Part shown: in pieces, positions 36,828-50,958 of the stretch
How the letters are laid out: each line of letters starts with the position of its first letter
Position numbering within the stretch: the first letter of the stretch is position 1
Origin: Podarcis melisellensis
Lineage: Eukaryota
Assembly (NCBI GenBank): GCA_964234715.1
Contig: OZ174276.1
Length of the DNA: 64,000 bases
Direction: 5' to 3' (one strand)
The notes under the pieces: generated by a model
Database searches by the model: none
The model's input: the letters and a program-made list of their open reading frames with translations, nothing else
What the model was told of the DNA's origin: nothing
Made by a program: the position numbers and the translations under genes

Positions 36828-38663
36828 GGGAGAAGAGGGCCTGCCTTAGTCAGAGGCATAAACCTGGAGGACCGGGGGCGGGGAGGGCTTGGACACTATG
36901 ACCCCCACAGTGCCCGGGTATCACACAATATTCCTTTGCCAAGGTGAGGCATTATTAACAGTGCCCTTTTTAGCGCTGCGGCACCAGCTGAACTCTCGCA
37001 GATTGCCCCCTTTCAGTGCCTGACAGTTTCTCACAGCTGCTAGCCAACCCTTTGGCATTGCTTGGTGCCTGATGGTGTGACAGACAGCCAATCAGAACTC
37101 TCTCCTTTAGTGCCCAGTAGCAGTGAGCGGCCAACCTCTTCCCACAATGCCTTTCTCCTATGCCCAGCAGTTCACTGGAGCCTCCATTCCTTGCCGTTAG
37201 CAGCAGCACCACAATACTGTCTGCCGTGCAGTAGTAACCCTGCTGGCCCCACAGCATCTCCTCTCAACGCCCAACAGCCCCACGAATGCCCTTGTCTTGC
37301 CCGTCGGCATTGCAACATTTCCTACCACTTACTACAGGAGCTCTGCAAGACTGAAGTTGCTCCTGCGCTGTGCCATGGGCAGTAACTTGCCTCTTCTGCA
37401 ATACCACCATATTTCTCTGTCCTCTCAGTTTCCTTCGTTGTTTCTTTGGGGAGGGAATTGGGTGCCACGGCCTCCCAGCTCCCAGTCACCTTGCCATGCT
37501 GAGCACTGCTTTCTCCCCTGCTCTTCTGGAGCAGACGTGCATCTCCATGCGGGGAGGTAGAAACTTAATAATAATAAGGTTCTCTGTCCATTTTTAAAGG
37601 TTTACGAGTGAACTGGAGAGGGGTTCTATTAGTTAATGGGGGCTGTCGATAGCAATACACATGGCAGGCACCTTTTCCTTCTTACCCTTCAGCGTCCCAT
37701 ATTTTTAAATGTTTCTACGAACACAAGGTTTCCCTCACTGCGTCCGGCCTCCTCCCTTTATCCTACCTCAGTCTCTTCTTAACCCTCAGGTCTGCTGTAT
37801 GAGGCACAGATGGCCCCTTGTATTTAACTGTGACTGGTAGCATAGGGCAAGCAACACTGCAGTCTACGGCCGGCCTAGCAAGCCTTGCCTCCTTCATTTT
37901 GCTTCTCGCTTTAACCTTGTTCAGCCAAAGCCTCCTGAAACCAAAGGGCCTCCTGGGGGAGGGGCACTAATGAGAGCAGAGAATAGATTTCTGAGGTATT
38001 CCTCTAACTAGCAAGAGCCAAGTTAGCTCAGCCAGGGGGAGAGGACATTTGAATCCCTTGTGACACCTCCTTCGCTTCTCATGTACCCCAAGTGAGCAGG
38101 CCTCTTGGCATATGATGGTGAGGGGGCTGTCGTAAGTTGGCAAGGCCTTCACGGAGGATCTGGGACGGGGAGAACATGGTCCATATTTAGACCCATGGCA
38201 TGGGCTAAGGTGGCAGGGCAGGGGGAGGCCCTCTGTTTACTAGGTTTACTCTAGAGTAGATGTCACAGATAGACATTGTGTGCCTCTTAAGCTGCCAAAC
38301 TTTCCCTACTCCCTGCCCGATTTATCCTTTGGCAGTTCCCCTGAGCCTCTTGGCAGCTTTGGAGGGAGCCTAGACGGCTGTGAAATCTTTCCACGTTGCC
38401 TTGCTTTTTCTGTGATGTTGTCAAGGCCCTGTTCTGTAGCACTGATTTTTTTTTTTTAAATGCCTCTGGATCTGGCCCACGCCTAATGAAGTGATTGTCG
38501 TATCAGCCGTTTGTCCCTTGTTTCTGCTGGCCTTTGTTTTGCCAGCATGTGGTGCCCCCCTCACTGGTAAGCCCCCCCGGGTGTGAAGCGTCATTCCAGA
38601 GGGTAATGACTCTGCAGGGTCGAAGAGCCAGAGCAACTAAATCAGCACTTTTGTAATCATGAC

Positions 38664-38669
38664 AATAAA
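38664..38669 (+). terminator. Probable SLC25A10 polyadenylation signal AATAAA
   Basis: First AATAAA I found after the stop, giving a 3' UTR of about 1.85 kb, with GT-rich sequence downstream. Confidence 0.6.
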
Positions 38670-39568
38670 GTAATTGTGAAAAGCAGGTGTTGCTCGTTCC
38701 TGAAGCACCAGTCCCTTTCAACGTGTGTCATATGACTTCGGATTTACATCCTCCAAGTTCGCTCTGTTGGGAAAATGACTGAGAAGGCTAAACGGTTTTG
38801 TACAGTGCTGTTATTTAAAATGTCCCTCAAATGTGGCGTATTGAACCATTTTTAGTTAACAGTTTCCAGAGAGAGAGAGAGAGAGAGAGACGTATTCTCA
38901 TTTTCAACAGGTGCCAACCTAGCATGGTTGAGTGAGCAGGGCTAGTCCTTGTCGCAGCAAGTTGCTTCTGTTGCCAGACTTTAAGGAATTTGATGTCCAA
39001 ATTGTGTAGATCCACTTTCTCCTATGCAGTATCTTGCTGTGGTACAAAGTGCAGCGGGAAGCTACAGGACAAGATTGAGTCCCTTTATTGTATGAGGCAA
39101 ATGGTATAAACCCACGTAGGGGGGTGGACCAGTGTTAGAGCCTCCGTCTTACATACAGAAGGTCCCAGGTTCAGTCCCTGGAATCAGCAGGATTTTAGTG
39201 GGCAGCCCTGTTCTGTCTCAAACAGAGCATGAGGAAGTGGTGTCTCAAACACAGGTGTTGTCCCTACGCTATGGCTGCCAACATTTATCTACCCCATACT
39301 GCGTGGCTTGCATGAGAGGTGCGTCTGGACAAGGCGCTAATTGGGCAGTAGAAGAAGGCCAAGGGAATGCAAATCCGTCATCTTAACAAAGCTTAATTAG
39401 GTCTGGCAATAACAGCGCTTTGTTCCCAACCCTGCTCTTTGAGCCACATTCCAGTATCCCCAGGTAAGAACAACCTATGGACCTCTTAAGTGGCTGAGGC
39501 ACATAGCGACAAAAAGACTGGAAGTTGTAATGCTGTGGTAGGCGACAGGTGGTTCTGTGCCATATATT

Positions 39569-39875
39569 GCGCGGGTGGCGCTGTGGTCTAAGCCACTGAG
39601 CCTCTTGAACTTGCCAGCCTAGCAGTTCGAAAGCACACCAGCGCAAGTAGATAAATAGGTACTACTGTGGTAGGAAGGTAAACGACATTTCTGTGTGCCC
39701 TGGCTTCTGTCATGGTGTTCAGTTGTGCCAGAAGTGGTTTAGTCATGCTGGCCACATGACCCAGAAAGCTGAAGTGGAGAAACACCAGCTCCCTTGTCCT
39801 GAAGCGAGATGAGCACCGCAGCCCATAGTCTCCTTTGATTGGACTTAACCATCCAGAGGTCCTTTACCTTTACTT
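39569..39875 (+). mobile_element. Sauria SINE (internally deleted)
   Basis: gcgggtggcgctgtggtctaa head, cctagcagttcgaaagcac..gataaataggtac core and cctttacctttac tail. Confidence 0.88.
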
Positions 39876-41749
39876 TTTTACTGCAACTCTCCCATCCTTG
39901 ACCATTTGTCATGCAGGCTGTGGCAGCTAGGATTTGGGAGTCTAACAACATCTATAGAGCCACAGGTTCTTCACCCCTGGGGATCTGACTTGCACCCCTT
40001 TTAAGACACATTAGATCCCTATGTCTTAGTGTGATTCTGGGGGCCAGCAGCTGTTGGTTGGCACTTATCCTCTGTTCCTTTCCCCTATTTATTTAGCCTC
40101 TCCAAGTAGGATGCAGATTGGATACTGAAAGCTGCACTGTTCTGCACAGCACAGAGAGCTTACTGCCCGCAGAGGCAAGTCTGCTGCTCTTCCTTTCTCC
40201 CCAGCTTGATGCATTCAGTCCTAGGTTGCTGCATGATGCATAAAGCACTGGAGCTGTGGAGATGGCTCCAGGCACTGTCGGCACTCAGCAGATGGAGCTT
40301 GGGTGCCGACTGTGCTCTCCCTAGCCCCAATTAGTGATGGAGAGGAGATAAGCATATGTGACTCCTGTCTCCTCTCTCGCCCCTTCCAGCAAGTTGCCAG
40401 AATAACCTGGGTCTGGCTGACCTGTGCTGCAGCAGGACAGAGGGAGGTATCGCACATTGCATTTGTTTAGAGGCATGTCCTGACGGTGCTTTCAATGCAT
40501 GCCAAAAAATGTAGGTCTAGCAAATGCCTGTTTGGCTATGATTGTCAGAGAGCGAGGATTGAACATAATACAACTGCCTTGTTGGTGGCTAGCCAGAGAA
40601 TTGTGGGATGTCTACAGGTGGGGCATGAGTACGATGCCCCCTCTCTTGCTGCTGTTCTCCAGCATGCTGCCTCTTGTCCTGAAAATAGTATTCGTCCACC
40701 ATGGCAGCTAATTGTTTGATTTGCTGCTGTGTGTGTAAAATTGACTACAGAACACTAAAGAAGATGTGGTCAGTCAGTCTTTTTTATGAATATATGCAAC
40801 ATCATTCAGAGATGCCAAGAACCTAAGCCACATGGTTTGGTCCAGCAACTGCACCCCTGTCAATTCACAAAATACATGCCAGGATGTAGCTGGATGTTTC
40901 CTACGAAGGACATTGGTTTTTCCTAGGATGGAGCAAGGACTGCACAATATCCTGGCTAAGCAGGTGGGGTCAGACTAGGAGGAAGCTGGCAAATGCCTCT
41001 AATGTCTTGCCATTCAAAACAACTACCAAATGAGTGTGGAGAGTGCTACAAAACACTGAACAGAACTGCACAATCCCTGATCTGAGTAGTTTCTTGGCTT
41101 TGCACATTATTTCTCCTATTTGTGTGTCGCTCTGGCAAACCTAGGCACTGGGATCAGGTATTCAGCTTCTAGTATTCGTTAGGCTTGACTTAATGGTCAT
41201 AGTGGTGTAACTTTGCTTAGCCATGGAAGAAACGGCACAAATGACAAATGTCAACTGGGGCAGTGGCAAGGTGTGTGTGTAATTTAGTTCAACCAACATG
41301 CGTCTCAATCTCAGCCCCTGTTCTGAGTTGGTGCTCATTCCACAACTAAAAGGGTAGTCTGACTTGCTTTCACGACTGCTACTGCTTCCACTTGACTAGC
41401 GTAGTTTGGTTTAGGTACCATAAGGAGCCCTGAGTAGTATAAGCAAGGGGGCAGGGGTGCCAACTTGAATAAAATATTGGAGAGGGGGTGCCCAGGTAAG
41501 CCCTGCCCCACATAATCACATGATGTGGCACACACACACCATTTGAAAGGCAATGCCCACCAACTTTTGGGGAGGCTAGCCCCCTCAAATATTTTATGGG
41601 GGGGTGAAGGGACCTCAGCCCCTACAAATTGGCTCCTATTTGTACCTGGGACTGAAGTTGTTCAGCACTGGTGCTTATGAACACTCAGGGTTAGTTTGTG
41701 CATTGACGCAGGATCAAGCTGTGAAATTTTCCCTGCAGAGGCCGTAGCA

Positions 41750-41885
41750 CAGGCTTCCTCAAACTCAGCCCTCCAGATGTTTTTGGCCTGCAACTCCCAT
41801 GATCCCTAGCTAGCAGGACCAGTGGTCAGGGATGATGGGAATTGTAGTCTCAAAACATCTGGAGGGCCCAGTTTGAGGAAGTCTG
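41750..41885. mobile_element. hAT-type MITE with palindromic core
   Basis: TIRs caggcttcctcaaact / agtttgaggaagtctg; 8-bp TSD ccgtagca / ccatagca (one CpG transition). Confidence 0.85.
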
Positions 41886-42049
41886 CCATAGCACTTCATG
41901 CTGCATATAATTACAGTGCTCCCTCCTGAAACATTTCCCTTCATTGCACTCTCCTTGTTCACATGACAAATGTGTATGCAAAATGATATTTTTAAGGATG
42001 CAGCATGTTTCAATGTATAATACACATTCTGATGTGATGCCTGCTGCCA

Positions 42050-42250
42050 TGTGGTTAGAATGTCAGCCTGGGACTGGGAGGACCAGTTCGAAACTCCATC
42101 AGCCATGCTCCTCACGAGGTGACCTTTAGCCAGTCATCCTCTTTTGACCTAGCCTAACCCACAGGGTTGCTAGAAGGATAAAATGGGGACGGGGGGACGG
42201 GACTGTTTGCTCCATCTGGAAAGTCTTGGAAGAAAGGTGAGATATTAACC
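42050..42250 (+). mobile_element. Old MIR-like tRNA-derived SINE
   Basis: gtggttagaatgtc..gttcgaaactcc..gtgacctt..gccagtca..cctaacccacagggttg..ggataaaatggg. Similar decayed copies lie at about 6140-6550, 28170-28295 (-) and 59680-59840 (-). Confidence 0.6.
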
Positions 42251-43614
42251 CCATTTGATGTAGTTGTTGTTGTTTACAATCAAGCAGTATATAAAGTTGA
42301 TCAAATAAATAAATAAAATGCAATAAGACAAAAACTTCAGACTACATACCACAAAACGAGCCTCCGGGTAATGTAATAAAATTTTAACTGACATTTTGTA
42401 AATGTTTTCTTTCGTCTGGGATAATGAGACAAGTGTTCAAAGTGATAGATGAAAACACAGCTGTTGTTATTGTTGTCCTTTTGCTGCTATATTCCTTACA
42501 CTTTTTTTTGCCAGGTTTCCCCCCATAGTGGCTCCCGCAGCAGATATAAGTATTCTGGAAGCCTTCCTGAGAGCACCAAGCCAGGCAGCGTGATGCTCTT
42601 TCTGGATTCTCATTGGCTCTTAGTCGCCCCCCTAACACAGTGGGGAGGAGAGAATGGGAGAGATGTCACTGGCCAGCTACTGTTAATTGCATGGTAGGAG
42701 CCAGCCATGTTCTTTTGAGTGCAGAACGAGCCGTCTGCTTGAACAATAATAGTTAGGAACTTCAGCATCTCACACTTGGTCAGGATGTTGAAATAGTCGC
42801 CAGGAGCTTTTTGTTTGTTTGCAAAAAGAAAGAGGAGAAACACGGTAGAGATTTGTAGAACTACAAAAAGCGTAGAGAAAGAGAATAGAAATGTGTCTGT
42901 CTCAGATGGTGCAGTGGGTAAGATGGTTAATTTCTGCACCCTTCCACTGATCCAGCCACCTGCCTGTCACCATTTAGCACTAAGAGTACCATCACCACTT
43001 TGCGGCTGCAACAAAAGGGTCCATGGCACTCCTGCAGGGATGTCCTCAGGGCCCTTCCACAGAGTAAGGCGTATGGGGAGAGGGGGCCACAGAGAATGCC
43101 TACACCTCCACATTGCTCTGGCAAATACGGCTTATCAAGCAGGAAACTGTTAAAACTTTAAATAGAGCTTCTTCTATTTGTCACAACTGTGACAAAGAAG
43201 CAGTGGGAGCAGGCACTCTTTAAGGTCACCACAACCACAATGCCTTGCTGTGGAACAACTCTGCAGTCCCAGTTTGTTTTATTGTAATTGGATTCAGCAG
43301 CTTTACAGTTGCAACTTGCTATTTAATGTATTGCAAACTGCTTTGTGGGAAGATTGTTCTAAAAAGGGGCATTTTTAAAAACCTTGGTCTTCTCTATGTG
43401 AGCCTGTCCATCGGTTAAGATAGTGTTTGGATACATTTCTCTGGAGGTCTTCCAAAGCCTTTGGATAATGATGGCTGTCAGACACGCGGCCTTTTCTGTG
43501 GTGACAGCAGAAGAATGGATTTCCCTTCCTAGATGTGTTCACCTGGTACCCATTTTCCTATATTTTGGCTCCATGCAAAGACTGTCTTATTCTCTTGTTT
43601 GATGGTTCTTAACT

Positions 43615-43739
43615 TAAGGTTACCAGTCGTCCCCGTTTCCCGGGGACAGTCCCCGGATTTACAAATCAGTCCCCATACAAAATTAATTGATGTTGAAAAG
43701 TGTCTCCGGTTTCATTGGAAAAAAAATCTGGTTACCTTA
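43615..43739. mobile_element. hAT (Tip100-like) MITE, 125 bp
   Basis: TIRs taaggttaccag / ctggttacctta (1 mismatch); perfect 8-bp TSD tcttaact at 43607-43614 and 43740-43747. Confidence 0.88.
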
Positions 43740-46700
43740 TCTTAACTCCCCCTTTGACATTTATTGATTGCTGTTTAATAACTTCTGCCCCTGAATCGTT
43801 TCGTGGCTTCTCAGTCACTTTATTCCTGACATGTCATTGGTGTTCTATTATTGTTTTATATTATGTGGTTAACTGTCTTGAAGCAAATGCAAAAGGCAAA
43901 GATATAAAACCATAAAATAAAACAAGAGGCAAATAACGTAATTCTGTTTCCCAGACTGCTAAGACCCATTGTTGTCCGATGAGAAAAGTGTAACTTTCAG
44001 GACAATAAAAAAGTGCCTCCTAAATAATTGATGGCGTTAATTTCCAACAAGTTGTGTTGATGGCCACTAGCTCAGACAGCTTGGGGGGGGGATAAGATAA
44101 ATTACTGGAAAGCAGATTGAGAATTAGACAAATTAAGAATTAACAAAATTACTGGAAGTTATGTCGGCAGCTGAGGCAGAAAAGTCCCACAGGTACCTTT
44201 CTCCCTCGTCAGCAACAACAGCAGCAATATCAAATAAATTACAATTTGCTGCCCTTTCATGACACTCAAAATCAGTTTCCTGGGATGGCCACCTCACTGT
44301 GCTTAATGGCAAGGTCTACATGAATAATTGCTAAAATTGAACCTCCAAGTTCAAAGGCTGTGAGCAAACAATAGTAAATGGGTGTCTCCAACCTGCCGTG
44401 CTTCTGAGCTGACCACCGTTGGAAACAGAGAGCTTCGGATATCAATACGTAATAAACTTAGCCAAGCCTGCCCTACCTACTTAACTGACCCACTCAGTGA
44501 AGGAGGGTCTTGATTTTCCCCTTCAGTACGACTCTCAGGCTCTTGGGAGATGCTGTTGTGTAATTCCCAGAGGCAGAAGAGGGGGGGGGAAGCCCCTTCA
44601 TATGCTGGGTTTGTCATACGCTAAGAGTAGCAGCAGCATGAGATTTACAGGCTAGAAGAGCATACAGCTGCAGGGCCAGGAGAATGTCTGGCATTTGTGT
44701 CCATCCATATCCCAGGCAAAGAGGCATCCAGCGGTCCGATTAATGAGCACACAGCAGGGTTCCTTGGCCCGACACTGCCATTGTGAAAGGAAAGCTACCA
44801 CTTAATATGTGTGTGTGTCGGGCGAGACAGGGAGAAGAGGAGGGGGCCCAGGACACAATGGAGCAGAAGCTCACATTGCCAGAAGGAACAGTATCTAGTC
44901 CCAGTAGAAGCGAATTGAGAATCATTGAACCTTGGGCCAGCCCCTCAGTAAACAGGCCTGTGTTTGGCAGCACAGATGAGCGTGAGGGAGCAGGCCGAGC
45001 TTCTGTGGGGCCTAGCGGTGGGGTGGCCCTCAAAGATAAGAAGCAAGTGCAGCAGCAGCACGGAACGGCAATATTTGAAAGCATCAGACTGTATCCAGCT
45101 ACGTTTTGCTCACTTAGTAGACCCACTGAAATGAGTGGGCTTAAATTAGTCATGCCCATTGGTTTCAACAGGCCTACTCTGAGCATGAGTAACATGGGAT
45201 GCAACCCATGGCGTATTAAGCGGCTACAGTGTGTGTTAGAGATCAACATCATCTCCCCTGTTCCCCAAATTAATCAGTAGAGCTGTCAGAAAGTGATGAT
45301 TCTTGGTCGTGGGGCTCTTATAGGGCTTACCATCATGAAGCCTGGAGAGATGTCTTGGCTATTTGCTGGCTGCACCAGATTTGACGAGAAATAAATTACA
45401 ACATGACATTTTCCTCGAGTTTGTATCCAGTGGCAGCCTTCCAGGAGAAATGATTATGGCTTTCCTTCTGAAGCAAGAACAATTAGAAACTAAAGCAGAC
45501 GGTCCTTAGCTGAGATGAATGGGCATAAACTAACCAAGGTTGAAAAAAATACTTGATTCCCGTTGATTTTGACACGAGAGTTACAGTGCAATGCTATGCC
45601 TGTCTATTCAGAGTTAAGTTCTGCTTGCTCAATGGGGATTATTCCCTAGTAGAGGATGAAAAACTTGTGGCCCTTTAGATGTTGTTGGGCCACTTCTCCC
45701 ATCAGCAGAGGGAATGATTTACTTAATAGTTATTCAGATATTGCATATACCACTTAATGTTTTCAGCAACAACCCATGAGCAGTTTACAGAAATCACAGA
45801 GTGGAATTCAGCATTGCACTAATACAATTGTTCCTTCAGTGCAACCATTTTTGCTTGCCAGATGGAACAATCTCTCCTCTCCTTCCCCTGCATGCTGTTC
45901 TGGGGGGGGGGGTCTCCCAGCCCCACAGAGTATATCTGGGGGTGGAGCAGGGAAAAGCCCCATTGTGCAAGCATAAGTCCTTGTGCTGGCTTCCCCTGAC
46001 ATGCTGCGTTAGTGGAAGCCAGCTAAAAAAACCAAACCAAAATGCAATAACTATAATAGATGTCAAATAAATACTGTATCAGAATGCAATAAATACATTT
46101 TTAAAACCATCATTTAAAACAGCAAGTTGCAACTGAGCACAATAGCATTCTCAAACAGACCTGCGTAACCAGCTGATATCTTGGGAAGCCTTTGAAGCAT
46201 CCAGCAGACGGAGCTTCTCAGATCTTTTTTGGGCGAGTGTTCCAGACGGTTGGTGCTATAACTGAAAAGGCCCATTTCTGAGAGGTTCCCAGATGGTACG
46301 GCCAGCAGGGTCTCCTCTGATGAGCATAAAGTTTGATTTGGCCTATAGCAGGGAATGCAGTCTGCTCGGTACCATCACCCCAAGTTGGTTGGGTCTTTAT
46401 ATGTCCATAATAAAACTTGGAACTTAACTCAGTGGCAAGTAGATGGCAGCTGCAGATCCTTAAGAACCAGTGTCATACGTGGCCGAGCTAGATGTAGTCA
46501 GTAGTCACAGCATTCTGCACTAGCTGCAGCTTCCAAACCAACCAATAGAGTTTAATATTTAATGTGCCTAATATGGTGGGGTAGGAATGGTAAGGTAAGG
46601 CTTTACTTCTCAGCAATGACTGTTGGCTTTTGTTTATCAATTGCAAGTGGTCCTTAGAATAACTTTTTTAAAGTATTCTGTTGGGGTCTTGTAGCATGCT

Positions 46701-49454
46701 AGTCAAGTATTTGCATTTCATCGATTGCTTAGTAGATTGGATAAAAAGCCAGAACATTAATCAGCTAACGATCTTTAATCAGTTGGCAGTCCAGCTTCTA
46801 CCCCACTTGCACGTGAACAGGTCAATAGGTCACCCCGCGCAATGTTTGCTGTCACTGGAATTGAGCACATCAACGCTGCCCTGCTGCCAACTGGCGAGCA
46901 ATGGAATTGGGCAGCTATGAGGGGTGTGGTCGTGCTGCTTAGCTCATTGGACTGTCCTACAACCGAAGCTCCTGCTCACCATGGGGAATGCAACAACTTG
47001 GCCATCTGAGCAGGAAAAGTATAACTGAGGCAAATCACTGCTGCTACAGTTTTTGAATCTTAAAACTGCTTTGACTTAGAATAGTGGCAGAGAGGTATTT
47101 TAGTGGCCCTCCAGATGTTGCTAGACTCTCTACTCTCATCAGTCTGAGCCAGCATGGTCAATAGCCCTGGATGATGTAGTCGAGTGACATCTAGAGAACC
47201 AAAGCCTAGCCACCCCTGCCTTAGACTGTCCTAGCGCTTGAAGTTGGGGAACAAGCAATAGTGGAGGGCATAGCGGGTCTTTGCTAGAGCAAATTCAGTG
47301 TCCTCCAGTAGGTGAAAAGAGCATGGGAGGAAATGCTTGCTAGCCAGGTTCTCTCCTGACGTCACTTGGGAACCATGGAAGCTGCCTCACACCAAGGCAG
47401 ATGATTGTTTTTGCACAGGCAGCATCCTAAGGGTTTCAGACTGGAGGTGTTTCCAGTCCTACCTGGGAAAGCTGGGGGTGGAACCTGAGACTAAAGCAGA
47501 GCTACAGCCCTTCCCAAGCAAGAACCAACAACCATTGGCAAACATGGGGCAGGTGAGCAAAGCAGATGAACTCAAAACCTAGGAGAGTTGGTGTAGCTTT
47601 CAGCCCCGTTCCACAGCATGCTGTTTGTTTGCTGGAGAATGTGAGGTGCTCCCAGAGGCCTCCGACCCCATTCCCTGACCACGTTTGGCCTCTGTGAGTC
47701 TCAGTTCTGCTCCTGCTATGTGCCCCTCTTCCCTCCCTCTCTGCCACAGTCACTTCCGATGTCCCGAGACACCCCAGCTGCGGGAACCATTCTTAGCCTT
47801 TCCGTTCACCCAGAGGAGCAGCTGAGCCCTTTGTTGGGGCCGGGGGTGGCTTTAATTTCTCTTCCACTCTTTTGAGCAAACAAAAGTGCCAGAGGAACAT
47901 CTCCTTGGAAGCTGGAGCCCTGTTTAATTTGCAATGATCATGGGCTTGGAGGGGCCCAAACTTAGTTCCAGGGCAAGCAAAACAAAAGGTTTCCTTTCTA
48001 TCACAGCTTTATGCTACAGAACAGAATCTCTGAGATTTTTTTAAAAAGGCAATTTGGCATTCTTAGGCATGTTAACTGTCATACTCAATGTCTATTTTAT
48101 TTATTATTGATTAATTGATGGCATTGATATATCACCCTTCTTCCAAAAATATTGATGTAAAAAAACCCACAGGGTTTGGCTTTTGCTGCCCAACTCCACA
48201 TGGGACTCTGAGTCCCCTAAGTCCATGATCGGACAGAGAAGAATGGATGGAGGCAGGATTCACTGGAAAACAAAACATAATTTTCTTGGCCCCGCACCAC
48301 CATCACACTTTGCATAAGCAACTGCAATGTAATTACCATCTGATTAAAAGGATTAAGACAAAACAGGTGACGTTGAGTAGCACCGGGGTCTGGTTAGCCG
48401 TGAGGTCAGAGTGCTGTCCGAAAGCAGCCTTTGAAGCATAGGGTTTGATGGCATCCACTGTGCTTTCTGCATCTGTCCAATTTGGAGAGAGGTCAGAAGC
48501 AGCAGGAGCTAGTGTGTTGTTGTTTTCTAAAGTGCTATCTCTTTCTGCTTAGAAAATTCTTGTGCGCAGAACCTAGCTTCCCCCCCCCACTCCCCATACA
48601 CACTCACTCCCTAATGAGCCCCAGCTATTCATTGCTATGATGCACCAAGCATGTGTTCTCTCCCCCAGCTCCCAGTATGATGGCTCAGCTGGTCTCCAGG
48701 GGAAGCTAAGTAACTCAGAGGCTGTCCTCACACGAAAACATTACCACTCTCTGGACACTGAGCAGACACCTCTGCCCTTTGCTGCCGTCCTCTAGGAAGC
48801 CGAGCTGTCTTCCTAGACCTTTCCCCTGCATGCCTTCCTGAGCAGCGAGGCAGGTGTCCCCGAATCCCAACTCAGTCCCCATTTGCTACCAAGATGTAGC
48901 ACAGTATCTAACAGCCTATCGGCTGACTTAGCACAGCACTAAATGCATTTCCCTTTCCCCCAGAGGCTGGTGGAAAAGGGCAGCATATTGAGAGATCCTT
49001 CTTAAAAGGAATTAACAGGCATCCTTTCACTGGGCAGGGGGTGATGTGAGGAGGGCACAGCTCAGATCTAGGACCACATTTCGCAAGCTGTTGTCAACAC
49101 TCTCATTACCTAACTCCCCAGCCTTACAAGGGATTTGTGGTCTCTATTACTGCAGCTAATGTGATAAGCTCCCTTTCTTTTGACAGGCTCATCAGCAATA
49201 ACCAGTTCAGAGCATGATTGTAATGGCCCCATCCAATTACCGAGGGTCAGTCACTAAAAAATGGCACTGGGGGACTAAGTGGTATTTCTTTAAAGTGTTG
49301 TTAAAGGCGAGCATTCAGAAAAAGCTTGCACAGACAATTTTTTTAAAAAACTGGTGCTTGATTACTTGCTCTGTAGTATCTCTTAGAAGGGCCTACTTGC
49401 AGCGGGAGGGGAGTGTTCAGAGGGAGAGGGAGAGACAGAACAAATGAGAATGTG

Positions 49455-50017
49455 AATCATAGAATCATAGAATCATAGAGCTGGAAGAGACCACAAGGGC
49501 CATCGAGTCCAACCCCCTGCCAAGCAGGAAACTCTATCAGAACACTCCTGACATATGGTTGTCAAGCCTCTGCTTAAAGACCTCCAAAGAAGGAGACTCC
49601 ACCACACTCCTTGGCAGCAAATTCCACTATCGAACAGCTCTTACTGTCAGGAAGTTCTTCCTAATGTTTAGGTGGAATCTTCTTTCTTGTAGTTTGGAAC
49701 CATTGCTCCGTGTCCGCTTCTCTGGAGCAGCAGAAAACAACCTTTCTCCCTCCTCTATGTGACATCCTTTTATATATTTGAACATGGCTATCATATCACC
49801 CCTTAACTTCCTCTTCTCCAGGCTAAACATGCCCAGCTCCCTTAGCCGTTCCTCATAAGGCATCGTTTCCAGGCCTTTGACCATTTTGGTTGCCCTCCTC
49901 TGGACACGTTCCAGTTTGTCAGTGTCCTTCTTGAACTGTGGTGCCCAGAACTGGACACAGTACTCCAGGTGAGGTCTGACCAGAGCAGAATACAGTGGCA
50001 CTATTACTTCCCTTGAT
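49455..50017 (-). mobile_element. CR1 LINE 3' fragment with intact ORF2 C-terminus
   Basis: ORF 49627-50001 (-) reads [62 protein letters not shown]; (ATTCTATG)n tail at 49455-49480. Confidence 0.95.
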
Positions 50018-50626
50018 GTGGACTACAACCTTTATCCAAGATCCCATGTAGGATGCTCTGTGGCTCAGTGGGATTTTCTTCTGTGGATATCCTGGTCTTA
50101 CCTGCATTTTTCATGCCTTAAAAGTGCCCACTGAACAGAGGGCTCTGGAATTGAGAAACAGGTAACACCTCCACACATACCCTTCCTCTTCTGTCTCTTG
50201 TTGCATTAAAAATGCACTCCAGTTCCCATCCGTGCCAGCCAGAAGGGCCAGGAATTATGAGAGCTGTAGTCCAACAATATCTAGAAAACCACAAGTTAGT
50301 TCCCCATCCCTGGAATTTCTGTTGTTCATGCTGCAATATATATAGAAAGAACAGAGACCCGTCCTTATTTTTCTGCACACATTCTGTAAAGTTACCTCCA
50401 AAAATATTTCAGGAATCTGCACACATTTCTTCTAAGGGTGTCCCCCCCCCACCCTGCCCACCCATTTCAATTTATTATTTGGAAGCCAAGCTGCCCCGTT
50501 TTCTAATGGGGTCGTTATCCTCCCACCTATGAAGGATAGCTTGCGTTGCCACCAGGAAGGCCCTTTGGAGCCAGGCAGCTTCTGTCTGAGGCATGTGTCT
50601 GGAATTGCATGTGAGTAATGACGAGT

Positions 50627-50958
50627 GATGCTGGTGGCGCTGTGGTCTAAACCACTGAGCCTAGGGCTTGCTGATCGGAAGGTCGGCGGTTCAAATCCCC
50701 GCGACGGGATAAGCTCCCGTTGCTCGGTCCCAGCTCCTGCCAACCTAGCAGTTCGAAAGCATGTCAAAATGCAAGCAGATAAATAGGTACCACTCCGGCG
50801 GGAAGGTAAACGGAGTTTCCATGTGCTGGCCACATGATCTGGAAAAAAACTGTCTGTGGACAAACATCGGCTCCCTCAGCCAGTAAAGCGAGATGAGTGC
50901 TGCAACCCCAGAGTCCTTTGTGACTGGACTTAACTGTCAGGGGTACTTTACCTTTATT
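50627..50958 (+). mobile_element. Sauria SINE
   Basis: ggtggcgctgtggtctaaaccactgagcc..ggttcaaatccccgcgacggg head, conserved core and tttaccttta tail; possible taatgac direct repeat at the flanks. Confidence 0.9.

Noticed and set aside
44740-45280. Opposing ORFs of 165 and 170 aa in the intergenic region
   Set aside because: There is no recognisable motif or supporting exon structure, and they cross a palindromic repeat remnant at about 45090-45210.
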